From: a virus
Taxonomy: Duplodnaviria > Caudoviricetes
Virus record (IMG/VR): IMGVR_UViG_3300031998_000011
Coordinates: 1-64,000 of that record
DNA length: 64,000 nt
Direction: 5' to 3' (one strand)
In this document: positions 17,889-26,057 of the stretch, one piece after another
Layout of the letters: the number at the start of each line of letters is the position of its first letter
How positions within the stretch are numbered: the first letter of the stretch is position 1
Position numbers and translations under genes: made by a program
The notes under the pieces: generated by a model
Database searches by the model: none
Told to the model about the DNA's origin: nothing
The model's input: only the letters and a program-made list of their open reading frames with translations

Positions 17889-17914
17889 TTTATAGTAAGA
17901 CATAACCAGTCATG

Positions 17915-18166
17915 CTTAGGATCAATTCCGTGGCGTCACGAAATTGATAACCGCACAATCCTGGCTGGTGCTCGCCGGTGGTGAAATTCCACGCGATATA
18001 AATCACCGGCAGAGGGCGGCGGTCTGATCACCCGCTGCCAAAGGAAGAGGCGACCCGGTGCTGCCTGGTTGCTCGACTGATCTTCCGGTACGCTGATTGT
18101 CTTCAGCGGTGTTCCCCGCTGCCTCTGGCTTCGGGTACGCCCAGGACGCCATGGGCGGTTTTGTTC
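17915..18166 (+). ncRNA. Multi-hairpin non-coding segment (unknown ncRNA)
   Basis: Consecutive hairpins (ATCAATTCCGTG/CACGAAATTGAT, CCGGTGGT/ATCACCGG, GGCGGCGG/CCGCTGCC, CGCCCA/TGGGCG + TTTTGTT) downstream of TATAGTAA. Confidence 0.35.
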
Positions 18167-18175
18167 GTTGACATT

Positions 18176-18251
18176 GCCAGTGTAGCTCAGTAGGTAGAGC
18201 AGTTGTCTTGTAAGCATCTGGTCGCGGGTTCAAATCCTGCCACTGGCTCCA
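18176..18251 (+). tRNA. tRNA-Thr(TGT)
   Basis: GCCAGTG/CACTGGC-T-CCA; TAGCTCAG D-arm; CT-TGT-AA loop; GGTTCAAATCC; 76 nt. Confidence 0.9.
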
Positions 18252-18256
18252 TTTTC

Positions 18257-18323
18257 GACAGGGAGCAACACAACGCAGACCTGGGTGGGTTCTGTGTGGT
18301 TTCTCCGGCTGTTGCTTCCTGTC
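18257..18323 (+). other. Long hairpin between tRNAs
   Basis: GACAGGGAGCAACA/TGTTGCTTCCTGTC stem followed by a T-run. Confidence 0.4.
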
Positions 18324-18333
18324 TTTTCCTTTT

Positions 18334-18410
18334 CTGGGTGTAGCTCAGTCTGGTAGAGTACGTGCCTTGGGCGCACGGTGCCGCAGGTTCAAATCCTGTC
18401 GCCCAGACCA
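18334..18410 (+). tRNA. tRNA-Pro(TGG)
   Basis: CTGGGTG/CGCCCAG-A-CCA; CGTGC-CTTGGGC-GCACG; GGTTCAAATCC. Confidence 0.9.
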
Positions 18411-18441
18411 GCTTTGTCCTGTTGCGCATTTCAGGACAGAG

Positions 18442-18755
18442 ATGTGGGGCCACCTGTTCCAATCCAGGCAGCCAATGCAAGCCGGCGCACACCTTACACC
18501 GGTGCCTGTGATGCAGACCCTGCTACAGCCTGTGATAGTCATAGAGCAGGCTGTCGCTCCCGTGTGCCTCACTATCTCAGCACACGGGAGTGTTTTGCAT
18601 TTACCCGTGAAGTCTTGTAGGTACAAGGTCTGACGATGCCTTGTGCCTGCGGGACATAACGGCATGAGGGCTTTCCTGTTCCAATCACAGCCGCCTCTGC
18701 CCGCAAGGGCACCGTGCTATGCGCTCCTATTCCGGCGTGAAGTTGTGATGCAGAC
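18442..18755 (+). repeat. Two copies of a bipartite RNA motif CCTGTTCCAATC...TGTGATGCAGAC
   Basis: Exact 12-mers at 18453/18675 and 18507/18744 with different interiors; each preceded by a hairpin and ATG(T/A)GGG. Confidence 0.6.
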
Positions 18756-18766
18756 TGTCCACCCCT

Positions 18767-18803
18767 GACCTCCTGTGCTGCCCGGCATGGGAGGTCTCTT
18801 TTT
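18767..18803 (+). terminator. Terminator-like hairpin directly before the array
   Basis: GACCTCCTGTGCTG/CGGCATGGGAGGTC followed by TCTTTTT. Confidence 0.55.
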
Positions 18804-19354
18804 GCTTCTATTGACTGTGCGGGTGCTTCGCCCGCGTCTGTGCATGTTCCCACCATGTATAGAAGGTCTAAATGGGTTCGCTTCGGCATCTGACCTTCGG
18901 GGAAGTTCTTTGCGCCTTATTCAAAGGGCGCAAATTCACTCCCCTTTGGTCATCCCTCGTCCAAGGCAGAGCCACGCCTTTCGCTGATGGCGCACGGTGC
19001 TTAGCAGACTCAGATCAAAGATCAGAGTCTGCTTTCACCTGGCGCCATCTCGCTGCGCGAACGCTCAACCGGATGGTACGGCTCGCTTGCTACCAGGATC
19101 ATCTCATAAGATGATCAGCCTTCGGATATCGTTCACTACGTTCCGATCCCGAAGGCTTACTTCGCAGGACGACCGGGTCCTCTTCGACCTCGGTAGTCCT
19201 GCTCGTACTGGTCCAAGCTCGCCTACCACACGCCGGTCCTCTCAGGAGAAGTCCCGGCGTGCGCTCGATCCTGCGGATCGCCATCCGGCACGGCTTTGGA
19301 CTTCGGGCAAGATGCCTGCTCGAACCACATTAGATTTATACAAAGAACAGAAGC
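18804..19354 (+). ncRNA. Retron-like unit 1 (551 nt, multibranched)
   Basis: GCTTCTATT/AACAGAAGC; G18813; GCGGGTG-CTT-CGCCCGC. Confidence 0.7.
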
Positions 19355-19362
19355 AACTACCA

Positions 19363-19610
19363 GCCGTTTGACTTTGCAGGTGTTGCGCCTGCGCTGTCCA
19401 GTGCTACCTGGATAGTAGAAACCTTGACGTAAGCCTAAAGCTCGCTGCTTTCAGCGTCGGAAGCCTTCCCCAGAAAGAGTAAACTCTTCCTGGAGGATGG
19501 CTTCCGACGACTTCCAACTGCGAGCTTCGCGGACGCGGCTTCCCAGGCTGCCCGTCGGGTGCGACGGGTAGCCGGAAGCCTCTCGACTAAGGTATCATCA
19601 AAGAAACGGC
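19363..19610 (+). ncRNA. Retron-like unit 2
   Basis: GCCGTTT/AAACGGC; G19370; GCAGGTG-TTG-CGCCTGC. Confidence 0.8.
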
Positions 19611-19616
19611 AAATTA

Positions 19617-19777
19617 CCGGTTGAACCTGCGGGCGCTACGCCTGCACTGCTACCTGTGACATCCAGCACAGAGAGCAGTCTGCGTCCTGTGACTTGAGCT
19701 CAACCCGGTCTTCCGGAAACACAGTCTCCGGAAGACCTCTGTTGAGCTCAAGTACAGGATCTGACATCAAGAACCGG
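19617..19777 (+). ncRNA. Retron-like unit 3
   Basis: CCGGTT/AACCGG; G19623; GCGGGCG-CTA-CGCCTGC; long hairpin ~19685-19759. Confidence 0.8.
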
Positions 19778-19781
19778 ACTC

Positions 19782-19949
19782 TCAGCTGACAGGGCGGGCG
19801 ATGCGCCTGCCATGCGTGCCATTCCAAGGAACGTATAAGAGTAGTCAAGCGTTTGCTACCAGACCCTTTGGACCGTGTGTCGTCCCGCTTCGCGCAGACG
19901 ACAAAGGTCCGACGGTTCTGGTAACGCTCGCGCAGGCCTACAGAGCTGA
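19782..19949 (+). ncRNA. Retron-like unit 4
   Basis: TCAGCT/AGCTGA; G19788; GCGGGCG-ATG-CGCCTGC. Confidence 0.8.
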
Positions 19950-19958
19950 AAAACAATT

Positions 19959-20168
19959 ACCAGCTGACACGGGCAGGCGGTTCGTCTGCCTTCTGCAGTT
20001 CTGAAAAGAGATGCAGAAACCCTGTTTCGGATTCGTTCACCAAGGTACTCTGCGCGACATCACCCCGCCGTCACGGCCCAGATCTTCTTCGAGATCTGAC
20101 CCGTGCGAGCGGAGAGATGTCACTTGCGACCGTGGTTAACGACATTCGTACACACTTGTAGAGCTGGT
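19959..20168 (+). ncRNA. Retron-like unit 5
   Basis: ACCAGCT/AGCTGGT; G19966; GGCAGGCG-GTT-CGTCTGCC. Confidence 0.8.
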
Positions 20169-20174
20169 CTTATC

Positions 20175-20416
20175 GCAGTTGAACAGCAGGACGCTGCGTC
20201 CTGGCCTCACAGTCTTGCCAGAAATGGTTAAGATGATTGAGGAGTTGACTCGGACTGGATTCGCAAATGGAAACAAGATTAAGTACTACCTGGCTTCTGA
20301 GAACCCTTGTTCCGGGGAACCTGGATAAATCCCGGTTCCACCTGCACAAAGTTCTCAACAGCCAACCGTACTGAATCTTTCCATTGTGCTCATCCAGGTC
20401 ACAATCAAAGAACTGC
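20175..20416 (+). ncRNA. Retron-like unit 6
   Basis: GCAGTT/AACTGC; G20181; CAGGACG-CTG-CGTCCTG. Confidence 0.8.
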
Positions 20417-20420
20417 ATTC

Positions 20421-20545
20421 GCGCTTGAGTACAGGAGCCGGTGCGGCTCCCCGACTATGGAGTTTGAACTTCAAGTTGAAAATTACGGCGGACCTGAAAC
20501 TGATCAGGGGGATTTTGATCAGTTTCTCCCAGCCTATTGAAGCGC
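20421..20545 (+). ncRNA. Retron-like unit 7
   Basis: GCGCTT/AAGCGC; G20427; GGAGCCG-GTG-CGGCTCC. Confidence 0.8.
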
Positions 20546-20550
20546 ACTAT

Positions 20551-20763
20551 TGCTTGCTGACTATGCCGGTGTTCCGCCGGCGCCTGTATCTGTTCCTTAA
20601 TAGTTCAGAAACAGGATTCCTTGTGAGAACATGCTACCTGAACCCTCACATGGATTGACTTTGGATCCTCCCTCTATTGCATAGATGCAATCGTAGAGGA
20701 GGATCCTGCAGCAATCCTGTGATCGTTCAGGAGGCACACTGCACAATCCGAATTGAGCAAGCA
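20551..20763 (+). ncRNA. Retron-like unit 8
   Basis: TGCTTGCT/AGCAAGCA; G20559; GCCGGTG-TTC-CGCCGGC. Confidence 0.8.
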
Positions 20764-20770
20764 CAATCTA

Positions 20771-21028
20771 TCCGTTGACCAGGAGGCGTTTCGCCTCCAT
20801 GTGCATCATCTCTCCTTCCATAAAGAAATTGGCTGGAACTTAGATTTCAGTTCCGACGCCAGCGATGGAATCAGGGACGGTCGCAGTGCAAACAGAATGA
20901 CCTCAACCTACACTACGCCACGCCCGACGGCAGGTCGGACTCAGATCGGCTGCGCGATCTGAAGTCCTCTAAGCCGTCGGGCAGGCGCACTGTAGTTTGC
21001 ACTTCTGTCATTCACAATCCAGAACGGA
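20771..21028 (+). ncRNA. Retron-like unit 9
   Basis: TCCGTT/AACGGA; G20777; GGAGGCG-TTT-CGCCTCC. Confidence 0.8.
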
Positions 21029-21033
21029 AACAA

Positions 21034-21230
21034 AGGCATAACTTCCGCAGTGCTTCGCTGCGGTCTGCGTGTGTTCAGCACAATCAGCAGAAATCTAACC
21101 CTTAACCGTCCCGCAGCACACCAACGGAAAGCTGTCCAGCTCCGCCTACGCCAGGCTATCACCTGGCTGCATCGGGCTGGACAGCCCTTCCTCTGTTGCG
21201 CTGCAGTTGGTCGGTTTCTCTTAAATGCCT
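21034..21230 (+). ncRNA. Retron-like unit 10 (A/A instead of G/G)
   Basis: AGGCAT/ATGCCT; A21040; CCGCAGTG-CTT-CGCTGCGG. Confidence 0.7.
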
Positions 21231-21690
21231 ACTTCTGCAGGCTTGCGTTGAAGGCCTTCAAACGGTCTTGTTCGGCTTTCCAGGCGAGATCAGCCGCAAC
21301 CTGCGACGCGGCGGTCGGAGCATTGCTCGTACGACCGCGCTCAACGAAATCCAGGACTGTCTGAGGCACTGGCAGATTGTCGTGCTTCCGCAGGTCGGAT
21401 GCTTCCATGATCTTGGCACGGAAATCGTGCAGGATATCGCAAAGCTCATCCCAGCCTCTTGTGCCGGCTCTGATAAGGCCGTCGCACATCTGGCAGATGT
21501 TGTAGTATCTGTCTACAGCTTTTTCCAGAGGTATGATATGGTCGCGCATAACACCATGTGCTCCTTTGAGCACGATGTCATAGCCTCTGACTTCGAGACC
21601 GGCGAACCCGTGGAACACCATAGCAGCTCCATTCAGGCTGTCGTAAACGTCTTCGCCGGACCTCGTTTTTTGGTTTTTAATGATTCCCAT
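21229..21690 (-). CDS. Hypothetical protein downstream of the terminase
   Basis: 153 aa with AAGGAG RBS; its stop abuts the end of the array. Confidence 0.65.
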   Translation of the reverse strand: MGIIKNQKTRSGEDVYDSLNGAAMVFHGFAGLEVRGYDIVLKGAHGVMRDHIIPLEKAVDRYYNICQMCDGLIRAGTRGWDELCDILHDFRAKIMEASDLRKHDNLPVPQTVLDFVERGRTSNAPTAASQVAADLAWKAEQDRLKAFNASLQK

Positions 21691-21703
21691 TGCAAGACTC
21701 CTT

Positions 21704-23563
21704 TCAGTATGGCATGTTACCTTCTACGATACAGGAACGCATGTTCACGGCTTCCGAGAAGCGCTCCCAGTCGCTTCTGGGCCCGAACTGCTCATCGGGC
21801 AGGATCCGGTCATGGTTCTCGTCGTAGTCAAGGATGGATGCGTCGTATCTGGAACCAATGGCCGGGTATGCGCCGAAATGGTCCCATATCTGGGAGCAGC
21901 CGAAGTTCACGGCATGCGCAAAGTCGTCAGGCACCCCTGGCTTCTTGATAATGAGGATGACGGTCTCGTTGCCCAGCGAGACACGCGGGTCCTCTCTGAG
22001 AGCCAGGAAATCGCGCTGGTAGGCCTTGTCGTCCTCTGGCGAGAATGGCCGGAAGCGCAGGCGGTTCGCCTTGATGGACTGGATGCAGATCGCGAGCGAG
22101 CGGCTCTTGTCCAGGTTGAAGTAATACATGTCGGGCTCTCGGTTGGCGTCGTGCTGCTGCATGACGTCGCCGGCGTGAGGCCGCACATAGTCGATAGGCG
22201 TGATCCAGTGAAGGTTCTCAAGGTTGTGCAGACCCTGGTGCTTCATGATCTCAAGTCTGGTGAAACCGGCTCCGTGGTTGTCGTATGCAAATGCGTCGGC
22301 CCTGGTGCCCTTGAGCCAGTACAGGATCTCATCGGCTTCTTCAGTCGGGGACATGCCCTTTGGGATGCGCTTTCCGTAGAGCACATCCACGACACCGGCG
22401 TCCCTGCGCAAACCGAGCACGGCATACGCTGTGAAAGAATCTGACAGCATGCCGCCGCCTGACCAGTCAACACCGATGGTGATGTAGGCATACTGCCAAC
22501 GTACCCGCAGAACATCGTCGGGTGTCTTGACATCGACTTCCTGGCCATGTTCATCTTTCGGGGTGAATGTGGCTTTCTGCATGTCTGTCATAGTGAGCGG
22601 GCTGACTGCTGCATCGTAGGGCCATCCGAAGACTTCATTGTAGAGGGTCTGCTCAGGATAATGTTCAACCTTCGCAAGCAACTGGTTCCACTTGTGCTGG
22701 TTGATGAGATGCAGAGGATGGATTGTCTGGGAGATGTGGTATCCGGGGAACGTGAGCATGCGCTCAGGCACGGAATGGACATACCCGCCGTTTGCTGGCG
22801 AAATGTCTTTGCCGCACTTGGCACAGATCGCTCCATGTTTCCCAATCATCTTGACCAGGTCGTTTTCAGGGTTTGGAACATTGTAGTTGTTGCAGTGAGT
22901 GCACTTTATGATCCATTCAGCCTGGCTCGACCTTTCCCAGAGCAAGCCCAGAGTAGTATCCGTCGTTTTCGGAGTTCCAGTGTAGATGCTGAAGCCCCAG
23001 AACAGAGATGCGGACATAACCTCTGCAGCGATGTCAAGATATTCATACTCAACGTCTTGCACCTCATCAACATGTACTGATGCAGCGCCGGAAATACCAC
23101 GTATGCGGTCCGCGCTGTCGAACATGTGTTCTGCGTAGCACATGCTTCCGTTGCGGAACTCCCGCAGTGCCAGTTTGGTGCGCTCTCCGCTGTCAATGAA
23201 CTCGCCGATGATCGGACAGGAGTTCAGCAGCGGCTTGTAAACCGTACTGATAAGGCGCTGTATCTGATCCGCACGGGGCTGCACGAGAACCGTGTGATAG
23301 AAGGGAATCAACATGTTCCGCAGTTCCATGCTGGAGCAGCCCGAATAGGACTTGCCCAGCTGACGAGCGAGCATGTATAAACTGTGCGCCGGCTGCACAG
23401 TTGCATACATCGGCGAAAGCTGATAATGGAGCCGGAGATTCATAGGCTGCCCGTTCAGCCTGAAAAGACACAGGTACGGTATGAGCGTCTTCAGCTCGCC
23501 CGACCTGATCAGATCGTAGCCTTCCGCGAATGCGGATCGCAACTTAGGTGTCATTTTCGACAT
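21704..23563 (-). CDS. terL: Terminase large subunit (GpA-like, with Zn ribbon)
   Basis: Walker A-like ARQLGKS, Walker B VHVDEVQD, GTPKT coupling motif, CxxC pairs, nuclease GVDWS...PDDFAHAVNF. Confidence 0.85.
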   Translation of the reverse strand: MSKMTPKLRSAFAEGYDLIRSGELKTLIPYLCLFRLNGQPMNLRLHYQLSPMYATVQPAHSLYMLARQLGKSYSGCSSMELRNMLIPFYHTVLVQPRADQIQRLISTVYKPLLNSCPIIGEFIDSGERTKLALREFRNGSMCYAEHMFDSADRIRGISGAASVHVDEVQDVEYEYLDIAAEVMSASLFWGFSIYTGTPKTTDTTLGLLWERSSQAEWIIKCTHCNNYNVPNPENDLVKMIGKHGAICAKCGKDISPANGGYVHSVPERMLTFPGYHISQTIHPLHLINQHKWNQLLAKVEHYPEQTLYNEVFGWPYDAAVSPLTMTDMQKATFTPKDEHGQEVDVKTPDDVLRVRWQYAYITIGVDWSGGGMLSDSFTAYAVLGLRRDAGVVDVLYGKRIPKGMSPTEEADEILYWLKGTRADAFAYDNHGAGFTRLEIMKHQGLHNLENLHWITPIDYVRPHAGDVMQQHDANREPDMYYFNLDKSRSLAICIQSIKANRLRFRPFSPEDDKAYQRDFLALREDPRVSLGNETVILIIKKPGVPDDFAHAVNFGCSQIWDHFGAYPAIGSRYDASILDYDENHDRILPDEQFGPRSDWERFSEAVNMRSCIVEGNMPY

Positions 23564-23794
23564 GTAGTGTGCCTCTACAATAAAAGATTCGTGCTGTACG
23601 TTCCTCTTACTGTAATGACAAGGAGGTGCGTTATGCTCGTTCAGGCACAGAAATATTTACGGAACAAAGGACTGATATCGGCTGACAGATACCTGAAGAA
23701 AGATTCTTTCGGAACATCCAGAACACAGGAGCGAAGGAGACCTGCAAGATTGGATGTCGTGCCAGCGCAGAAACCTAATCCCAAATAACCAGAC

Positions 23795-24193
23795 ATGTCC
23801 CAAAAGACAATCAACTCAATCAAATTCGTTCTCATCATCAAGTTCATCATCGTGGCCGCCGCCATCATCTTTCTGCCTATCGGCGATTTCCTGATGTGCA
23901 GTTGTTTTGTTCTGCCGCCCAGCTATCTGACAACACGTGAGATACGTCCGGGCTTCAACAGGTTCACCGCACTGTTCGTGTGTAACGGCGTCGTTGGTGC
24001 CTGCATGGCAGCTGCACTTGCAATGGGGATTGAAATAGAAGGAGTATCTATTGGCATGATGTTCATCACCTGTGCCATCTATACGTTTCTATTCGGAGTC
24101 CCGCTGGACATCTGTGTTGCAGAAAGAGAAGCAAACCAGATACCGGTCGCGCAGGAGAACGACACGGTCATTGAAGCAGAAGTGATCGAGTAA
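23795..24193 (+). CDS. Small membrane protein
   Basis: 132 aa with 3-4 hydrophobic segments. Confidence 0.55.
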   Translation: MSQKTINSIKFVLIIKFIIVAAAIIFLPIGDFLMCSCFVLPPSYLTTREIRPGFNRFTALFVCNGVVGACMAAALAMGIEIEGVSIGMMFITCAIYTFLFGVPLDICVAEREANQIPVAQENDTVIEAEVIE

Positions 24194-24216
24194 CCCATTT
24201 GATCAACACTTAACCC

Positions 24217-24250
24217 AGGGCTGGGCGGCTTCGGCTGTCCGGCCCTCTTT
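24217..24250 (+). terminator. Rho-independent terminator
   Basis: AGGGCTGGGCGGC-TTCG-GCTGTCCGGCCCT followed by CTTT. Confidence 0.65.
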
Positions 24251-24271
24251 GTATTCTGAAAGGAGGTCGCT

Positions 24272-24688
24272 ATGAATCTCACACCACCCATTACAATCGA
24301 GGAACTTACACAGTTGAGCAAGACCTGGAATAGGATCCGTGACAAGATCATGGAAATGGTCGAGCTTGGCGTATTCGAACATCTGGATACAGACCGTTTC
24401 GGTGTCTGTGGCGTGAACTCGTACGAAGTGTCCGAGGACGGCAAGGAACTCATCGTGAACCTGTATCTGTACGAACGCGGCTATGGCAACTACAACACGC
24501 CGTTCCGTTGTCCTGTTGAGCTGTTCTTCCTGGACACCAGCAGACTCGGCGAATATGTACACGAACGCGAAGCAGAGAAACGGTGTCAGCGTGCAAGGGT
24601 TCGCGAAGCTGCCGAGCGGGAGAGACGCCGCCAGGAGTACCTGAAACTCAAGGCTGAATTTGAACCGGAGGAAGCCAATGGGAACTGA
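24272..24688 (+). CDS. Hypothetical protein, paralog family A
   Basis: AAGGAGG RBS; CPVELFF...EYLKLKAEFEPE C-terminus. Confidence 0.7.
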   Translation: MNLTPPITIEELTQLSKTWNRIRDKIMEMVELGVFEHLDTDRFGVCGVNSYEVSEDGKELIVNLYLYERGYGNYNTPFRCPVELFFLDTSRLGEYVHEREAEKRCQRARVREAAERERRRQEYLKLKAEFEPEEANGN

Positions 24689-25085
24689 ACCAAAAGAAGT
24701 CGGCGGCTGCACCAGTATCGACGATCTGTTCAAACTCGATCATGACTGGAATGCCGTGGTGGATGCCATCTACAGATTGTGGCAGGACACCGGCATTTTT
24801 GATGCGTACGGCAAGGTTATCACAAACTGGCGCATATTCGACAACCAGGGTGATGATACGATTATCATGGTGAGCTTCTATGACCCGAACGAGGATGACA
24901 ACGGTACATTTACGTGTCATGCGAAGTTCCTGTTCATGGATCCCAAGGATGTTGTGGAAGAGTGGAACAAGCAGCAGGAAATATACGACGCTGAAAACGA
25001 GAAGCGGGAACGTGAAATCAAGTATCGGCAATTCCTGGAACTCAAGAAGATCTTCGAACCGGAGACCGCCAATGAAACTCGTTGA
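24678..25085 (+). CDS. Hypothetical protein, paralog family A
   Basis: CHAKFLFM...QFLELKKIFEPE. Confidence 0.7.
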   Translation: MGTEPKEVGGCTSIDDLFKLDHDWNAVVDAIYRLWQDTGIFDAYGKVITNWRIFDNQGDDTIIMVSFYDPNEDDNGTFTCHAKFLFMDPKDVVEEWNKQQEIYDAENEKREREIKYRQFLELKKIFEPETANETR

Positions 25086-25578
25086 CTACTGGATGACTCG
25101 CTACGTGCACAACGCCGATGATCTCGCCGAGATGCAGGGCGCGATACTTGCCGTAGAGCGCAAGCTGCAGGAGCTTGGAGACAACGGCGCGTTCATGTGC
25201 GGACCTGACCCGCATGGCACCATAACGACAACCCAGGGCTCGTTCATCGCTGTGGACGAGTGGGCGCTGGATGTCGAGCACGGCACTATTGGCATCCGCT
25301 ATATCTACGACATGGTCCATGACAATCATGGTGACAGACGCTGCGTATCGGAGCGCTGGATGACGTGCCCAATCGAGTGGCTGTTCATGCCAGAGGACAA
25401 GTATATGCCTCTCAAGGAGGAACGCTACAAGGAACTGCGTGCTCAGCGCAACGAAGCCGTACTGGCTGCCGAGAAGTATAAGCGCCGCGAACGGTATCTG
25501 CAGTTGCGCCAGGAGTATGAGGAGCTGCGTGCAGAGTTCGAGCCGGAGGAGAAATCCAATGATAACTCCGAAGGTTGA
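25072..25578 (+). CDS. Hypothetical protein, paralog family A
   Basis: CPIEWLFM...RYLQL...AEFEPE. Confidence 0.7.
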   Translation: MKLVDYWMTRYVHNADDLAEMQGAILAVERKLQELGDNGAFMCGPDPHGTITTTQGSFIAVDEWALDVEHGTIGIRYIYDMVHDNHGDRRCVSERWMTCPIEWLFMPEDKYMPLKEERYKELRAQRNEAVLAAEKYKRRERYLQLRQEYEELRAEFEPEEKSNDNSEG

Positions 25579-26047
25579 CAACGTCTACTGGACCATGCTG
25601 ATGGTTACATGTGGCTATCCTGTACCGCGTATGGCTATGGATATAGTCGCGGTGCGTGTGCACAGTGTTAGCATTGTTGCGGCTGAACATGAAGAGGACT
25701 GTCACACAGTCTGCGAGGTGTCGCCCTATGTGCTCGGAGACGGGGCTAAAAAGAAGCCTATGGTAAAGGCCTGTCCATCACCACGTGAGCAGACAATAAT
25801 AGACGGCAAGAAACTGCCATTCATTGGCGGATTGTTACCTGTTGAAGCCGAGACCAGGTATTCGGAAAGCACAGCTCCATACAAGCGCTTCACACTGCGT
25901 GCCGATTTTCTGTACGAGACGCCGAATCAGGCCGTCGCAGCGCTTTGTGACAGACTGGCGGATAAGCTGAGCTCCATGCGCAGCAATCTGATCCACAACA
26001 GATACACAAACATGAAACCAAACCAGGTTGTAACAACCTACTTCTGA
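25559..26047 (+). CDS. Hypothetical protein
   Basis: GGAGGAG RBS, coupled ORF. Confidence 0.55.
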   Translation: MITPKVDNVYWTMLMVTCGYPVPRMAMDIVAVRVHSVSIVAAEHEEDCHTVCEVSPYVLGDGAKKKPMVKACPSPREQTIIDGKKLPFIGGLLPVEAETRYSESTAPYKRFTLRADFLYETPNQAVAALCDRLADKLSSMRSNLIHNRYTNMKPNQVVTTYF

Positions 26048-26057
26048 AAGGAGAAAA

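Larger units (their letters stand above)
18804..21230 (+). ncRNA. Tandem array of 10 retron-like msr-msd ncRNA units
   Basis: Each unit has a unique terminal inverted repeat, opposing G/G, a 7-8 bp YG-NTN-CG hairpin 5-7 nt after the 5' G, then unique long hairpins; units are joined by 4-9 nt G-free linkers; no credible ORFs. Confidence 0.85.

Noticed and set aside
15854-21228. The many 60-170 aa ORFs listed over the tRNA/ncRNA region (except 17250-17717)
   Set aside because: They overlap tRNAs and hairpins, have no RBS and show atypical composition; judged spurious
18804-21230. CRISPR array interpretation of the periodic non-coding region
   Set aside because: No identical direct repeats, unit lengths vary from 125 to 551 nt, and there are no cas genes; conservation is structural and retron-like
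21196-23788. Plus-strand ORFs 21196-21948, 21680-22444, 22547-23080 and 23384-23788
   Set aside because: They lie antisense to the terminase and its downstream gene, which carry clear motifs or an RBS
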